The notes below the pieces were generated by a model. It did not search any database, was not told where the DNA came from, and worked only from the letters and a program-made list of their open reading frames with translations. Position numbers and translations under genes: made by a program. A stretch of 64,000 nucleotides of DNA from a phage. The DNA lies in the NCBI GenBank assembly GCA_037431425.1, contig GCA_037431425.1_4129.2, one strand, 5' to 3'. How positions within the stretch are numbered: position 1 is the first letter of the stretch; the number at the start of each line of letters is the position of its first letter. Positions 29,226 through 40,046 of the stretch are shown in pieces.

Positions 29226-31889
29226 TTATTGACATGCCTCTAAACGACGAGCCATTAATTCAGCACGGCGTGTTGTTTGACGATACCAAGCCGAATTTCG
29301 TATTTGAGCAGCAGCTTGTTTATAGTTTCCTTTGGCTAATTCAGACAACATGGTCTTAAATTTAAGGACACCCCCTTTACCCATCTGGAATACCATTTGA
29401 CATAGAACTTGTTGTGCCATGTAAGGAGTTTTCATGTTATATGATGCATAAATTGCCTTAGCATCATAAATTGCTTTACTACTGTCTCTAACAAGCATAT
29501 CATTGGCTTCTTGTTCAGTTATACCTGACGAAAAGTTCTCACCGCTAACAATTAAGTGACCGTATCCAATAGTAGGGAATCCACGACTATCTAAGTAACG
29601 CCAGAATTTACCATTACGGTAATATCCTTTTGCTTGTTGATATTGTATTGTACCCTCATATTCTTTTAATTCCGAAATAAACTGAGCATCACCTGGGACG
29701 ATTTTCCAATCTATTGCTGTTTTATCTACGTTACCAACATTATATGTAGGTTGTTCAACTGGCGTTGATGATACACTTCTACGTTGTGTTCTTCTTTTGC
29801 GTGGTACATGTCGTGAACCACGCTGAGAATAACCAGTCCCAATTGTTTTAATTTTAGTAGTTACTACTAATTCATCACTATCTACTGACGGTTGCACAAC
29901 TGCTTGCGGTGACGATTGATTAGTTGCTTTTCCAGCAATCAAGGTTTTATTAGCTGCATCTGCTCCAATTCCAGTTTGTGATGCATAGAACAATCCCGGA
30001 TCAACTGAACCACTAAACCCAAGTACATTTGCAGACGTTACACGTATTTCAAATTGAATAACACCTTTAGCTTTACCTATAACTTGTCCTTTTTGAACAA
30101 CATCTTTATTCAATAAATCAGTTTGAATATTATAAAATATAGATTTATATCCAGATTTGTGTTGTATTAAAATACCACCATTGGTGATTGAAACAACACC
30201 ACCATCTGGTGCAACAACATCACCTTTGCATTGTATTTCCCATCCAGAACGATCTGCTTTTCCACCGTTTTGTGTTGGAATACCTTTCCCCCAGTAACCA
30301 TATTGACGAATTGTCCCACTACATGGCATATACATATGTAAACCTTCATATGTGATACTATATCCAGTCATCCCAGCATCAGATACCATCAAATCTTGTG
30401 TTTGTACTTGTTCTGTTTCAGGGGTATAGTTAATAAACTGTATAGCTTCAGTTTCTTGAGCTTCTGGAATTTCTGGTGTAACATCATTAGCAGGTTGTGG
30501 CTGTACTGGTGATTCACTTGAAATCTTCCCACCGCCTTGTCTCGGTGGTTCAACAGTACTACCATGTTTTTCTGCATTAACCCAAGCAGAAATGTCATGA
30601 ATGTGTTCATTTAGACCCGTAGATGGTGTTTTAAAGTTAGGAGCAGTAAATTCAGCAGTTCCGCTGTTTCCTCCACTGTTAACAGTCAATGTTTGACCAC
30701 CACCACTAATTATTGCTGATGATGAACCAATTAAATTTGCGGAAGTAGAAGCAGATATAGATGCATTTGAACCTGCGGTAATATCAGTACTACTACCACT
30801 TTGCATACGCAATGATGCAGCAGTAACTAATCGGAGATCTGCACCAGAATTAACAACAACCTGACCACCAACTTTTGCATCAAGTGCACCAATTAAATCC
30901 AACTTAGTATTTGCACCAACACGTGCATTGAAATCTTGACCAGATTCAATATTATATGAACGACCAGCAATCATATTAATATCCTGACCAGCACGAATAT
31001 TGATATTCTTATCACAATGCATATCAATATCACCTTCACCTGTAAATTTTATGCGTGCTGTTCCGTCACGGTTAATTAACAGAACGTCGCCTGTTGCTTC
31101 TGACAGTAATAGCTGTGCACCACTGCGAGTTTTTATAACAACTCCTTCATTTTTACGGGAACCAACACGTGTATCGTTTACTGGGTTATTAAATTGTGTA
31201 TCCTGATAACCATCTGGATCTTGATCCCATGTAGGTGCGGTTAATTCCTCTTCAGTATATCCATCATCGATAATAAAACTATTTCCACGTGGTGACGACA
31301 TGCCATATACAGTACTGGTTGTCTGGCGGGTGCTACTGCGATTAGCAAGACCTGCTTCTTCATCATATAAAAGGTTTTGTTTTTTCAAACCAGCAATGAT
31401 TGGAACGTTTGCATACTTATCTTGCATGTCCGTTGTGATTGTGTTACGATCATAATCAGTAACAGGGATAGGCATATCCGTTCCGCTATAACTACTAACT
31501 TCAGTTGCCATGCCTGGAACCATAGTATTCATGCGATGGTCATATACACAGCCAATCCAATATGCCTGAAATGTACGTGCCTGTGCGAAAATCACAATAA
31601 CAGTGCACCCAACATCAGGCGGTACAGCCCAGAATCCATAGCCTTTGGGATATTGACCATATGCATCGGCACTTGGAATACCTGGTGTTTTGCCAGCAAA
31701 TGGTGACATATATGATGCTTCAATCCATGATTCTTTGGAATTTTTATCACTTTGTGAACCTTGTATCCAAACTTTCAATTTTCCTGATTTAGTTGGATCT
31801 CTATTATCCATAACCGTTGCTAACTGTGGGTAAGATGGGTCAAAACGACCCAACTGTTGTTGTGCATACTTTTTACTTGTATCTGCCAT
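29226..31889 (-). CDS. 5: baseplate central spike, gp5-like: N-terminal OB-fold, beta-helical needle, degenerate M23-like domain, C-terminal GH24 lysozyme domain
   Basis: N-terminal VMDNRDPTKSGKLKVWIQG resembles the gp5 OB-fold motif; Ser/Gly/Thr repeat region; GDVVAPDGGVVSI...GGILIQHKSGYKSIFYN...GQVIGKAKG M23-like pattern lacking catalytic His; C-terminal 150 aa closely similar to the adjacent free lysozyme. Confidence 0.8.
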   Translation of the reverse strand: MADTSKKYAQQQLGRFDPSYPQLATVMDNRDPTKSGKLKVWIQGSQSDKNSKESWIEASYMSPFAGKTPGIPSADAYGQYPKGYGFWAVPPDVGCTVIVIFAQARTFQAYWIGCVYDHRMNTMVPGMATEVSSYSGTDMPIPVTDYDRNTITTDMQDKYANVPIIAGLKKQNLLYDEEAGLANRSSTRQTTSTVYGMSSPRGNSFIIDDGYTEEELTAPTWDQDPDGYQDTQFNNPVNDTRVGSRKNEGVVIKTRSGAQLLLSEATGDVLLINRDGTARIKFTGEGDIDMHCDKNINIRAGQDINMIAGRSYNIESGQDFNARVGANTKLDLIGALDAKVGGQVVVNSGADLRLVTAASLRMQSGSSTDITAGSNASISASTSANLIGSSSAIISGGGQTLTVNSGGNSGTAEFTAPNFKTPSTGLNEHIHDISAWVNAEKHGSTVEPPRQGGGKISSESPVQPQPANDVTPEIPEAQETEAIQFINYTPETEQVQTQDLMVSDAGMTGYSITYEGLHMYMPCSGTIRQYGYWGKGIPTQNGGKADRSGWEIQCKGDVVAPDGGVVSITNGGILIQHKSGYKSIFYNIQTDLLNKDVVQKGQVIGKAKGVIQFEIRVTSANVLGFSGSVDPGLFYASQTGIGADAANKTLIAGKATNQSSPQAVVQPSVDSDELVVTTKIKTIGTGYSQRGSRHVPRKRRTQRRSVSSTPVEQPTYNVGNVDKTAIDWKIVPGDAQFISELKEYEGTIQYQQAKGYYRNGKFWRYLDSRGFPTIGYGHLIVSGENFSSGITEQEANDMLVRDSSKAIYDAKAIYASYNMKTPYMAQQVLCQMVFQMGKGGVLKFKTMLSELAKGNYKQAAAQIRNSAWYRQTTRRAELMARRLEACQ

Positions 31890-31899
31890 ATTTTATTCC

Positions 31900-34149
31900 T
31901 TAATCAACTATACTATCTTGACGTTTAAGTGCACGGATTACAATTGCAGCTTGAATTTGTTGTGTGAAAGAACCACCTGCTCCAAAGTCATGCACAATTT
32001 TATTAACACGATAAATGGTTTGATTAAACGTGGTTGGTGTATTAATATCCAATACACCCGTGTTATCATTAATTGATACTACAGGTTGTAATTTAAGTAA
32101 AAGGTATGCTTCAGATGTTATATAGTTTGCTACATGATAATCATCTGGATTAATTTCCATATCTTCCCCATTAATTACTTGCTCTAGATATTGTAAGTAC
32201 GAATAATCACTCCATCCAAGCCAATATGGGTCACCAACAACTCGCATATCAAGTTTACACAAAAAAGGTCTATTGTAATAGTTGTCACGTATTTTACGTC
32301 TATCCATTTCATATGTACTACTGTTATCATTTAATGAAGCAGACAGTGTGGTTTCGTTGTTAGTTGCTTCAGTTGGCATAGTGAATATTTGACCATATCG
32401 ATGACCAACGCCGTCAGTACCTTCATCAGTTTCTTCATATGTGGAGACATAATCTTCAATATATTGTGGTAATACATTTACTTGATAATTATTATAACGA
32501 TCCTGCTCTTCTGCATTTCCAACCTGCATTTGGTTTTTAGCTAATGTGTCAATATCATTTAATAAATCTTGCTGATCTTTGGTTAGCATACCACCCATAT
32601 CACGTGTAACACGCAAATCGCTTGTTTTCGCCCATGCATCTGGTATACTATTATATTGTACACCTTGTATATTCAATTCTTGTGAGTTATGTGTACCTGA
32701 ATGGTTTGCTACGTCTTGTATTGGACCAGGGTTGCGAGTAGTAGCTACAAAAAATTGCTGGTCAAATTTCAAATCCAAATCAAGTATCTCACTATTAAGT
32801 CCACTAAACTGATAATTATAAGTTTTCATGTTTATTTTAGGTTTTTGATCAATAGGATCTACGTATTTTTCTGCGTTCTCAAAAAAGTACTCAAATGTGA
32901 AATTTTCTGGTTTCAAGTCAGATTCATGTACAATGTCACCTATTTTAAATTTAACTATGTAAAAAATTACTTTATAAACAGATGTATTACGATAATTATC
33001 AAAACCTATATATTGTTTTATTGGTATAATATTAACAAATTGTCTTACACTAGTACTCTCATCCGCTTGTACAGTACAAGTGTCGATAACATCATCAATA
33101 ATTCTTGATATTGGTGTGCTTGGGTTCCATGAAAAGTTTTTAGAACCTTGTGTTCCACTTTTAGTCGTTCCTGCTTCTGCCATTTGTTTTGAATCATAGT
33201 TGATAAAAAGATCTTGTAAATCAGGAGCTACTTTAAATTCAAAAAATTTACCATCGGATAATTCACCAAATTTATATCTTAGATAGCCATATTGTTGATC
33301 TGCCATTTGATTTAATTTATCTTCTAAATCAAAACAGAAATCACCAAAGTTTTCAGCCGTACAGTTAAATGGTTCTTTTAATGTCCATTCCATGTTGTCA
33401 ACTAATGCTGCTCTATTATGAACTAAACTCATAGTATATAGCATAGTACTACCACTTTGTGATGCACTTGCTGTAATACTATTAATTTTTACAGACCATC
33501 TTCTCGTGGTTTCTGGTATAATCTCAGGTATTCCATTCTTATTAAAACCAACAAACTTTAACTCTAAGATTAAAGGTAAGTCCATGAATTTATGAAATCT
33601 AAGTTTGTTACTTAAAGATACTAATTCGTCATATAGACTCATACTGTTATTCTCAGACATATTAAGAACTGCGGTATTAAAACAATAATTCGTTGTCATT
33701 CCTGGTGTGGATGGTCCTGCTTGTGTCATTTGAACACTTGTTATATTATATTTTCCACTAACGCCACTTTCTGATATAACATAGCGTTGTACCTCTGCAT
33801 CAGGGTAAAGCCAAAAGTTTTTGAAATCATCTTTATCTAAAGCAAACAGACAAAAATGCCAAGTTGGGTTGTCATATTTTAATAACTTATTCTCATATGG
33901 TATTACAAACTGACTTAAATCCAAATCTTCATAAACTTGGTCCATTCCGGCACTTTGTGATGGTAATGATTCAACATTACTAACGTTTGCTTTATAATTA
34001 TTTTTCGTGATAGTTTTTACATCATTTTGTAATGTATTGGTGGTGGCTTTCAAATTATCAAGTGAATTATTTGCAGTTGTTTTTGTCTTACCAGTGATAT
34101 TTGATATATCATTTTGAAAATTATCAACTGTACTTCGTAAATCTGCCAT
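31900..34149 (-). CDS. hypothetical baseplate hub-associated protein (immediately upstream of gp5-like spike)
   Basis: 749-aa ORF 10 bp from gp5-like start; no motif recognised; function inferred from position only. Confidence 0.5.
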   Translation of the reverse strand: MADLRSTVDNFQNDISNITGKTKTTANNSLDNLKATTNTLQNDVKTITKNNYKANVSNVESLPSQSAGMDQVYEDLDLSQFVIPYENKLLKYDNPTWHFCLFALDKDDFKNFWLYPDAEVQRYVISESGVSGKYNITSVQMTQAGPSTPGMTTNYCFNTAVLNMSENNSMSLYDELVSLSNKLRFHKFMDLPLILELKFVGFNKNGIPEIIPETTRRWSVKINSITASASQSGSTMLYTMSLVHNRAALVDNMEWTLKEPFNCTAENFGDFCFDLEDKLNQMADQQYGYLRYKFGELSDGKFFEFKVAPDLQDLFINYDSKQMAEAGTTKSGTQGSKNFSWNPSTPISRIIDDVIDTCTVQADESTSVRQFVNIIPIKQYIGFDNYRNTSVYKVIFYIVKFKIGDIVHESDLKPENFTFEYFFENAEKYVDPIDQKPKINMKTYNYQFSGLNSEILDLDLKFDQQFFVATTRNPGPIQDVANHSGTHNSQELNIQGVQYNSIPDAWAKTSDLRVTRDMGGMLTKDQQDLLNDIDTLAKNQMQVGNAEEQDRYNNYQVNVLPQYIEDYVSTYEETDEGTDGVGHRYGQIFTMPTEATNNETTLSASLNDNSSTYEMDRRKIRDNYYNRPFLCKLDMRVVGDPYWLGWSDYSYLQYLEQVINGEDMEINPDDYHVANYITSEAYLLLKLQPVVSINDNTGVLDINTPTTFNQTIYRVNKIVHDFGAGGSFTQQIQAAIVIRALKRQDSIVD

Positions 34150-34161
34150 GTGTTACTCCAT

Positions 34162-34476
34162 TTAGCCTATATTTCGAGTACCATTAAGATAGTTTTGTAC
34201 TCTTTGATTTGCTGGTATTCTAATTGTTACCCCACTTTTAAAATTATATATTGGGTCTTCTCCTAATATGTCTGGATTTAATAACGCAAAGATATAATAT
34301 AATCGTTCATTTCCGTACATTTCGTATGCCAAACGCCATGGTTGGTATTCATATTTCAATGGTATCTCATAAAAATCATCAGTATCTGCCGGAATGATGT
34401 CACGTGGTAAATTATACCCAAGATACCATGTTTGTTTCACCTTAGCATAAGGTGAGTATTGACTATAGTTGGACAT
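34162..34476 (-). CDS. hypothetical protein
   Basis: 104-aa ORF; 1-nt start/stop overlap with upstream gene; co-oriented in baseplate cluster. Confidence 0.45.
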   Translation of the reverse strand: MSNYSQYSPYAKVKQTWYLGYNLPRDIIPADTDDFYEIPLKYEYQPWRLAYEMYGNERLYYIFALLNPDILGEDPIYNFKSGVTIRIPANQRVQNYLNGTRNIG

Positions 34477-35234
34477 TAAATAAATCCTCCGTTGCGTAAT
34501 AGTTCACCTCGCTTAAAAGCATTTAGGTTGAATGTTTTAGTCATATAATCGGAAGTAGGTTGTTCTTCAAGCTGTATCATAACCGATATTTTTTGTGGAA
34601 CCCAAACCTCATCTTGTGGGTTCATATACCCAGTACTTCTAAGTTGTTCAAAGAATTTCCTACTATCCATATCGGATAAGTTAAATGTACTGTCACTACT
34701 ATTCAAAGGAACTTGAATATAAGAAACATCATTTGGATATGTAAAATTATAAGATTTTAAAATAACAGGAATATCATTATATGTATATCGCCCATACCCA
34801 CTTAAAAGTAAGATTGGTGGTGGAGCACCTGCAATTGCAAGTTCTGGGTTATTCGCTGAAGCAGCTTGTCTACCAAAATCCATCAATGAAACTGAACGTA
34901 TAAAATGGATACATGCTAATGTGTACATAGCTTCTGCTGCTGTGTTAGCATAAAACTCACCCTGAATGGTGAAAACAGTATTAGAAGTGTTCTTATAGTT
35001 GTTATAGTTACTGTTGGTATGTATCGGTGACTGTGTTTCATACTGAATTGACCTTTGTTCAGTAATTATTGGTGTTACAGTCCATACCAACCCATTAGTT
35101 GGACGCAGAAACGAAAGTAGTGTGGGTTCAGAACTATCTCCGAAATCTCCATATACATAGTTAGCACCTGCGGCTTTAGGTCGTAATCGAATTCTACGAT
35201 CAATCATTTTTGATTCTCCATAATAAGGGAACAT
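34476..35234 (-). CDS. hypothetical protein (first gene of minus-strand baseplate cluster)
   Basis: 252-aa ORF; divergent from gp55 across a 102-bp promoter region. Confidence 0.5.
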   Translation of the reverse strand: MFPYYGESKMIDRRIRLRPKAAGANYVYGDFGDSSEPTLLSFLRPTNGLVWTVTPIITEQRSIQYETQSPIHTNSNYNNYKNTSNTVFTIQGEFYANTAAEAMYTLACIHFIRSVSLMDFGRQAASANNPELAIAGAPPPILLLSGYGRYTYNDIPVILKSYNFTYPNDVSYIQVPLNSSDSTFNLSDMDSRKFFEQLRSTGYMNPQDEVWVPQKISVMIQLEEQPTSDYMTKTFNLNAFKRGELLRNGGFI

Positions 35235-35270
35235 TTGATGTATTTATGGGTGGGACAAACTGGTTCTTAG

Positions 35271-35279
35271 TGCTATAAT
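35271..35279 (+). promoter_or_regulatory. extended -10 element TGcTATAAT upstream of gp55-like gene
   Basis: TGcTATAAT at 35271-35279 with no good -35 hexamer, so possibly an activator-dependent (middle-type) promoter; GGAGAG SD 9 nt before ATG 35337. Confidence 0.35.
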
Positions 35280-35336
35280 AACATTGATGGTACAAGGATT
35301 GTACCTATTGGATTAGAACATGGAGAGTGTAACACA

Positions 35337-36176
35337 ATGACAAGTAGACCAAAGCGTAAAAAGTATCTCAACAATGCAGATTTACTTCGTGAAATACAAA
35401 AAAGTAAGATTTCATACTGCTGGTTATTAGATAAATCATATAGTATGTATGATTATATTGTCTTTCATGAATCTGAAATCACGGCTGAGTTACTTGAAAA
35501 AGCTAAAGCAGCACGAATTAAAAGACTCAACAATGAAATGCTTGAAAGTATTCGTGCAAAGGAAAACATGAGTGCAAAAAAAGCAAAGGAATATGCAGAA
35601 GAGAATAATTTAGTTATTACTGACGTTCCAATTGATGAAGTTGTTATTCGTGTTATTACTGATGAACACATTCCACCAGATACTAGAGTTAACTTTGAAC
35701 CATTCAAGCATTATATTGTGGATAATGAAGGTATCCTTTATGAAGTTTGTCGTTCTCACTGGAAAGGTGACCTAGAAACTGGTGAATTCTGCACTATTCA
35801 CGGTAAAATTACTAATGAATTGGGTAAAATGTTCATTAAACTTGCAGAGGAAATCTCACATAAATCTAATTATAGAAACTATACTTACTTAGATGAAATG
35901 ATGGGCGATGCAAGAATTCAATTAGTTAAAAATGCACTACTCTTTAAAGAGAGTATTCTTTATAAAAAAGATAAACCAGCCGTACAATTAAATCCTTTCT
36001 CTTACTATACATCGTTTGTAAACAATAGCTTTCGTTCTATTTTGAATAGTGAGAAAAATGTTCGAAATATACGTGATGATTTACTCGAAATGCATGGTTT
36101 TACACCATCACACACACGTCAAATTGAAATTGAATTGAACATGATTGAAAGGAAAAATGAAGATGGCTCTATTTGA
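35337..36176 (+). CDS. 55: late-transcription sigma factor, gp55-like
   Basis: N-terminal RPKRKKYLNNADLLREIQKSK parallels T4 gp55 [20 protein letters not shown], and a C-terminal segment KLAEEISHKSNYRNYTYLDEMMGDARIQLVKNALLF parallels the corresponding gp55 region as recalled; 279 aa (T4 gp55 is 185 aa), so a central insertion is implied. Confidence 0.6.
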   Translation: MTSRPKRKKYLNNADLLREIQKSKISYCWLLDKSYSMYDYIVFHESEITAELLEKAKAARIKRLNNEMLESIRAKENMSAKKAKEYAEENNLVITDVPIDEVVIRVITDEHIPPDTRVNFEPFKHYIVDNEGILYEVCRSHWKGDLETGEFCTIHGKITNELGKMFIKLAEEISHKSNYRNYTYLDEMMGDARIQLVKNALLFKESILYKKDKPAVQLNPFSYYTSFVNNSFRSILNSEKNVRNIRDDLLEMHGFTPSHTRQIEIELNMIERKNEDGSI

Positions 36177-37194
36177 TAAAGCAATTACATTCACTGATAT
36201 TCACTTGGGATTAAAGAATAACAGTAAACAACACAATGAAGATTGTTTAAACTTCATTAAATTTATGATAGATGAGGCAAAAAAGAATAATATCAAAGTT
36301 TGTGTTTTTATGGGAGATTATTTTCATAATAGAAGTAATATCAACATTCAAACACTAAACTATGGTTTACAGATTCTTCAACTACTGAATGACAATTTTG
36401 AAAAAGTATATTTTCTTGTTGGGAATCATGATATGTACCATAAGAACAAACGTGATATCACAAGTATCAATATGGCTCAAGTATATGAAAATATCGAGTT
36501 CATCAATGAAATCACAACATTTGACGATTGTACATTCATTCCATTTATGATTGAAGATGAATATAAACTATTACCTCAACTAAAAAGTAAGTATGTTTTC
36601 GGTCACTTAGAATTACCAGGGTACTTACTTAATAAGATGGTAGAAATGCCAGACCATGGGAAAGAAACCGATGGTTCTTTTAGTGGGTGTGAATATGTTT
36701 TTAGTGGGCATTTTCATAAAAGGCAAGCAAAAACAACATCTAAAGGAACTCGTGTTGTTTATACTGGTAATTGCTTCCCACATAATTTTTCCGATACGTG
36801 GGATGATGCAAGAGGTGTAATGATTCTCGAACACGATAAAGAACCAATTTTTAAATCGTGGGATAGTGCACCAAAATATCGAACATTCACACTTTCCGAA
36901 TTATTGACTGACCCCAGTTATTATCTTCAAGATAATACAATTTCTAAAGTTCAAATTGATATATCAATAACAACGGATGAGATTAGTTTTATTCGTGATA
37001 CTTTTACTAAACTATACAACATTAGAGAGTTTAATGTTGTAACAAGTAAACAAAATGTATCAGAATTAATTGAAGATGGTGTCAATTTTGAAAGTACTGA
37101 ATCAGTTGATGAGATTGTTTTACAACAAATCATGGAAATTGATTCACCAATGTTTGATAAAAATCTTCTAATCCAAATTTACAGATCATTATAA
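36163..37194 (+). CDS. 47: recombination nuclease subunit gp47-like (Mre11/SbcD calcineurin-like phosphoesterase)
   Basis: Phosphoesterase motifs FTDIHLG, GDYFH, GNHD; start set at ATG 36163 (AGGA SD 9 nt upstream); the track ORF begins at an upstream TTG at 36145 and overlaps the gp55 stop. Confidence 0.8.
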   Translation: MALFDKAITFTDIHLGLKNNSKQHNEDCLNFIKFMIDEAKKNNIKVCVFMGDYFHNRSNINIQTLNYGLQILQLLNDNFEKVYFLVGNHDMYHKNKRDITSINMAQVYENIEFINEITTFDDCTFIPFMIEDEYKLLPQLKSKYVFGHLELPGYLLNKMVEMPDHGKETDGSFSGCEYVFSGHFHKRQAKTTSKGTRVVYTGNCFPHNFSDTWDDARGVMILEHDKEPIFKSWDSAPKYRTFTLSELLTDPSYYLQDNTISKVQIDISITTDEISFIRDTFTKLYNIREFNVVTSKQNVSELIEDGVNFESTESVDEIVLQQIMEIDSPMFDKNLLIQIYRSL

Positions 37195-37202
37195 GGGACT
37201 AT

Positions 37203-39350
37203 ATGCTAAACATTACACGTATATCTATGCGAAACTTCTTTTCATTCGGTAATGCACCACAAATTATTGAATTGAATAGTTCTGACATTTCATTAGTACT
37301 GGGTCAAAATAATGATGCAGTTATTGAAGGCGGTGACAGTTCTGGACGACGAAATGGTGTAGGAAAAAGTGCAATTATTCAAGGATTAGTTTTTGGATTA
37401 TTTGGAAAAAGTATTGGGAATGATATTAAAATCCCCAACTTAGTTAATAAAACTAATGGGAAAAATTGCGAAGTTGTGGTGGAGTTTGAAAAAGACGGTG
37501 TGCAATATATTGTTGAGCGTGGGAGAAGTCCCACGTATTTCAATCTTGTTACTTTAGGTAAAGATGACAAAATTGAAGATGAATCAAGGGGTGAAAAGAA
37601 AGACACTCAAGAAGATTTGAATGAAATTCTTGGAATATCCCAATTATTATTTGAACATATTGTAGTACTGAATGCAAACGTTGAACCTTTCTTGGCGTTA
37701 TCCACACAAAAACAACGTGATATGATAGAAGAACTTCTAGGTATAACACAGTTAACAGAAAAAGCCGAAATATTAAAGGAGATGTACAAGGATACTAAAC
37801 GCTTAGCAGAGCAAGAAAAGTTTAAAAATGAAACAGTTGCTGCAAGTAACGAACGTATTCAAAAAAGTATTGAGGTTCTTCAAGAACAGGCAAACCAATT
37901 TGAGATCGATAAAAGTAATAGAGTAGCGAAGTTAAATGAAGAGTTGAATATTTATAAAACTTTCGACTTCAATGAACTCTATAAAGCTGCTGAAGAGAAA
38001 GAGAAAGCTCTTATTCATAACACAAAGCGTAATGAAATAGAACGCCGTGTACAAGATTTAGCTTTAAAATTTGATGCATATGACCGTGAGATTGAATCAT
38101 CCAAACGTGCACTAAAACTAAGCATTGATAAACTAAAAACTATTGATATTAGTGCTGAGTTGGAAAATCATAATGAACTAGAGATATGGAAACAGTTAGA
38201 AGACATTCTTAAAGAGAATAATAACCAAAAACGTTTCAAAGAGCAAAAGCTAAACTCACTAAAAGTTGCATTAAAAGGGTATGAATGTTCAATTAATGCT
38301 GAAATTGACAAATTATCAACCGTTGAAAATAGTAAATGTCCACTTTGTATGTCAGAATTGGAACATAATGAACATACTTCTTCAATTAAAGATAAAATTC
38401 AAAGTACTATTGACGATCTTCAAGCCAAAATTGACAGTTCTTCTTCTGAAATTGAGATTTTACTTAAAGAAATTGAGAGTATTGAGATTTTTGATATGCC
38501 ACCTAAGCCTGTGACATATTATAATACACTTTCAGAAGCACAAATGCATGAACATAAGCTTCAAGAATTGATCAAAAAGAGTGAAGAAGAGCCAATAAAC
38601 ATCTATGCAAATGAACTTATGTCATCATATGATGAACTTAACTCATATGAACTAATGGAAGTTCCAGATACATTAAACAAATATGAAGTTAAAGAGTTGG
38701 AAATGACCGTAAATTCATTATCACAGCAATTAGATCGTGAATTGAAGACTACTAACACATTTATTAGTCAAATTAATACCCTGAAGACTGATTCTTTAGT
38801 ACCAATCGATTATAGTGACTATAATAATCTTGATAAAATGTCAAATCACCAAGATTTCTTGGTTAAATTACTTTTAAACAAGGATTCTTATGTCCGTAAA
38901 CGTATTATTGAGCAAAATATCTCATATTTGAATACACGACTTCAGTACTATATCGATATGTGCGGTTCTGAGCATAATGTTGTGTTTTTGAATGATTTGA
39001 GTGTTGAAATTGAGAAGAGTGGGCAGTACTTTGACTATAAACAGCTTAGTCGTGGTGAGCGTACAAGGGTAAACATCGCATTATCTTGTGCTTTCCGTGA
39101 TACATACGAGTCATTATATCAAAGTATCAATCTAATAGCACTAGATGAAGCTTGTGATGTTGGTCTTGATTCAAGTGGTGTTGTTAAAGTGTGGTCAATC
39201 TTCAATGACATGGCTGCTATCAGAAATAAAAATGTATATATCATCTCACATAGAGAAGAACTAGTTTCTAAGACTGAACATATACTTAAAGTAACCAAAG
39301 AAGATGGTTTTAGTACTATAAGTTACTGTACAATTGATGATATCTATTAA
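37203..39350 (+). CDS. 46: recombination ATPase gp46-like (Rad50/SbcC family)
   Basis: Walker A GRRNGVGKSA near N-terminus; long coiled-coil middle; CPLC zinc hook; C-terminal signature LSRGERTRVNIAL and Walker B LIALDEA. Confidence 0.85.
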   Translation: MLNITRISMRNFFSFGNAPQIIELNSSDISLVLGQNNDAVIEGGDSSGRRNGVGKSAIIQGLVFGLFGKSIGNDIKIPNLVNKTNGKNCEVVVEFEKDGVQYIVERGRSPTYFNLVTLGKDDKIEDESRGEKKDTQEDLNEILGISQLLFEHIVVLNANVEPFLALSTQKQRDMIEELLGITQLTEKAEILKEMYKDTKRLAEQEKFKNETVAASNERIQKSIEVLQEQANQFEIDKSNRVAKLNEELNIYKTFDFNELYKAAEEKEKALIHNTKRNEIERRVQDLALKFDAYDREIESSKRALKLSIDKLKTIDISAELENHNELEIWKQLEDILKENNNQKRFKEQKLNSLKVALKGYECSINAEIDKLSTVENSKCPLCMSELEHNEHTSSIKDKIQSTIDDLQAKIDSSSSEIEILLKEIESIEIFDMPPKPVTYYNTLSEAQMHEHKLQELIKKSEEEPINIYANELMSSYDELNSYELMEVPDTLNKYEVKELEMTVNSLSQQLDRELKTTNTFISQINTLKTDSLVPIDYSDYNNLDKMSNHQDFLVKLLLNKDSYVRKRIIEQNISYLNTRLQYYIDMCGSEHNVVFLNDLSVEIEKSGQYFDYKQLSRGERTRVNIALSCAFRDTYESLYQSINLIALDEACDVGLDSSGVVKVWSIFNDMAAIRNKNVYIISHREELVSKTEHILKVTKEDGFSTISYCTIDDIY

Positions 39351-39357
39351 TAACAGA

Positions 39358-39383
39358 AAAGGGGGCTTATGCTCCCTTTTTTA
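39358..39383. terminator. intrinsic terminator after gp46-like gene
   Basis: GGGGGC-ttat-GCTCCC stem (one G-U pair) followed by TTTTTT; A-run upstream. Confidence 0.6.
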
Positions 39384-39459
39384 TTATCATTATATCTATT
39401 GTTTCCATACATCCTACATCGAACTAGATTTTGTAAGATATAGGATTGGTAATGTGTTT

Positions 39460-39954
39460 TTATTTTGTATCTCTTTTTACATCAACCATGTTTAATTTAC
39501 CGTCCTTAATTAGCTTTCTAGCTTGTTTTACACGAGCAGTAGTGTTGCTACCAGGGACGACACCTAACCCTTCCAGAATTGCGTTTTGCTGCGTTGCTGG
39601 AAGCCTTTTAAACTTATTCACATCTACTGTTAGTGCTGTGTGATGTATCACTTGCTCTTCTAGTGGGATGTTGTTGTTCTTTTCAAGATAATCTGCCAGA
39701 TTTCTTAGTACTTCATGTAAAGGCATATCAGTTAAATGCTTTCCATATCGGTTCCATGCGTTGGAAACTTTACCTTCAAATGCGTTTATTTCATTCTGTA
39801 GAACTTCACGACAGTGTTGGTTACCATAATGGTAGTGATCCAGTACTGGTTTAGTTATTGGTTCCTTAATTATAGGATCAATTCCTTTTTGCTTCTTTAG
39901 TAATTCATTACGATAGTTTGCAGCTTCTTTACTATCTTTTAATCTTTTCTTCAT
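39460..39954 (-). CDS. hypothetical protein
   Basis: 164-aa ORF with GGTGGGGA SD 4 nt before ATG at 39954; no motif recognised. Confidence 0.5.
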   Translation of the reverse strand: MKKRLKDSKEAANYRNELLKKQKGIDPIIKEPITKPVLDHYHYGNQHCREVLQNEINAFEGKVSNAWNRYGKHLTDMPLHEVLRNLADYLEKNNNIPLEEQVIHHTALTVDVNKFKRLPATQQNAILEGLGVVPGSNTTARVKQARKLIKDGKLNMVDVKRDTK

Positions 39955-40046
39955 AAATCCCCACCAAACTAATTTTTATAAAAATATTTATGAGTTACAT
40001 TAGAGAACAATAATTATGTGTTTTTTGATAAATAAATTTAAATTAT

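Noticed and set aside
35289-35305. 7-3-7 inverted repeats near promoters (GGTACAA-gga-TTGTACC at 35289-35305; TAGTATT-tat-AATACTA near 41888-41904)
   Set aside because: Short palindromes of this size are expected many times by chance in 64 kb of AT-rich DNA; their sequences differ, so a shared operator is not supported.
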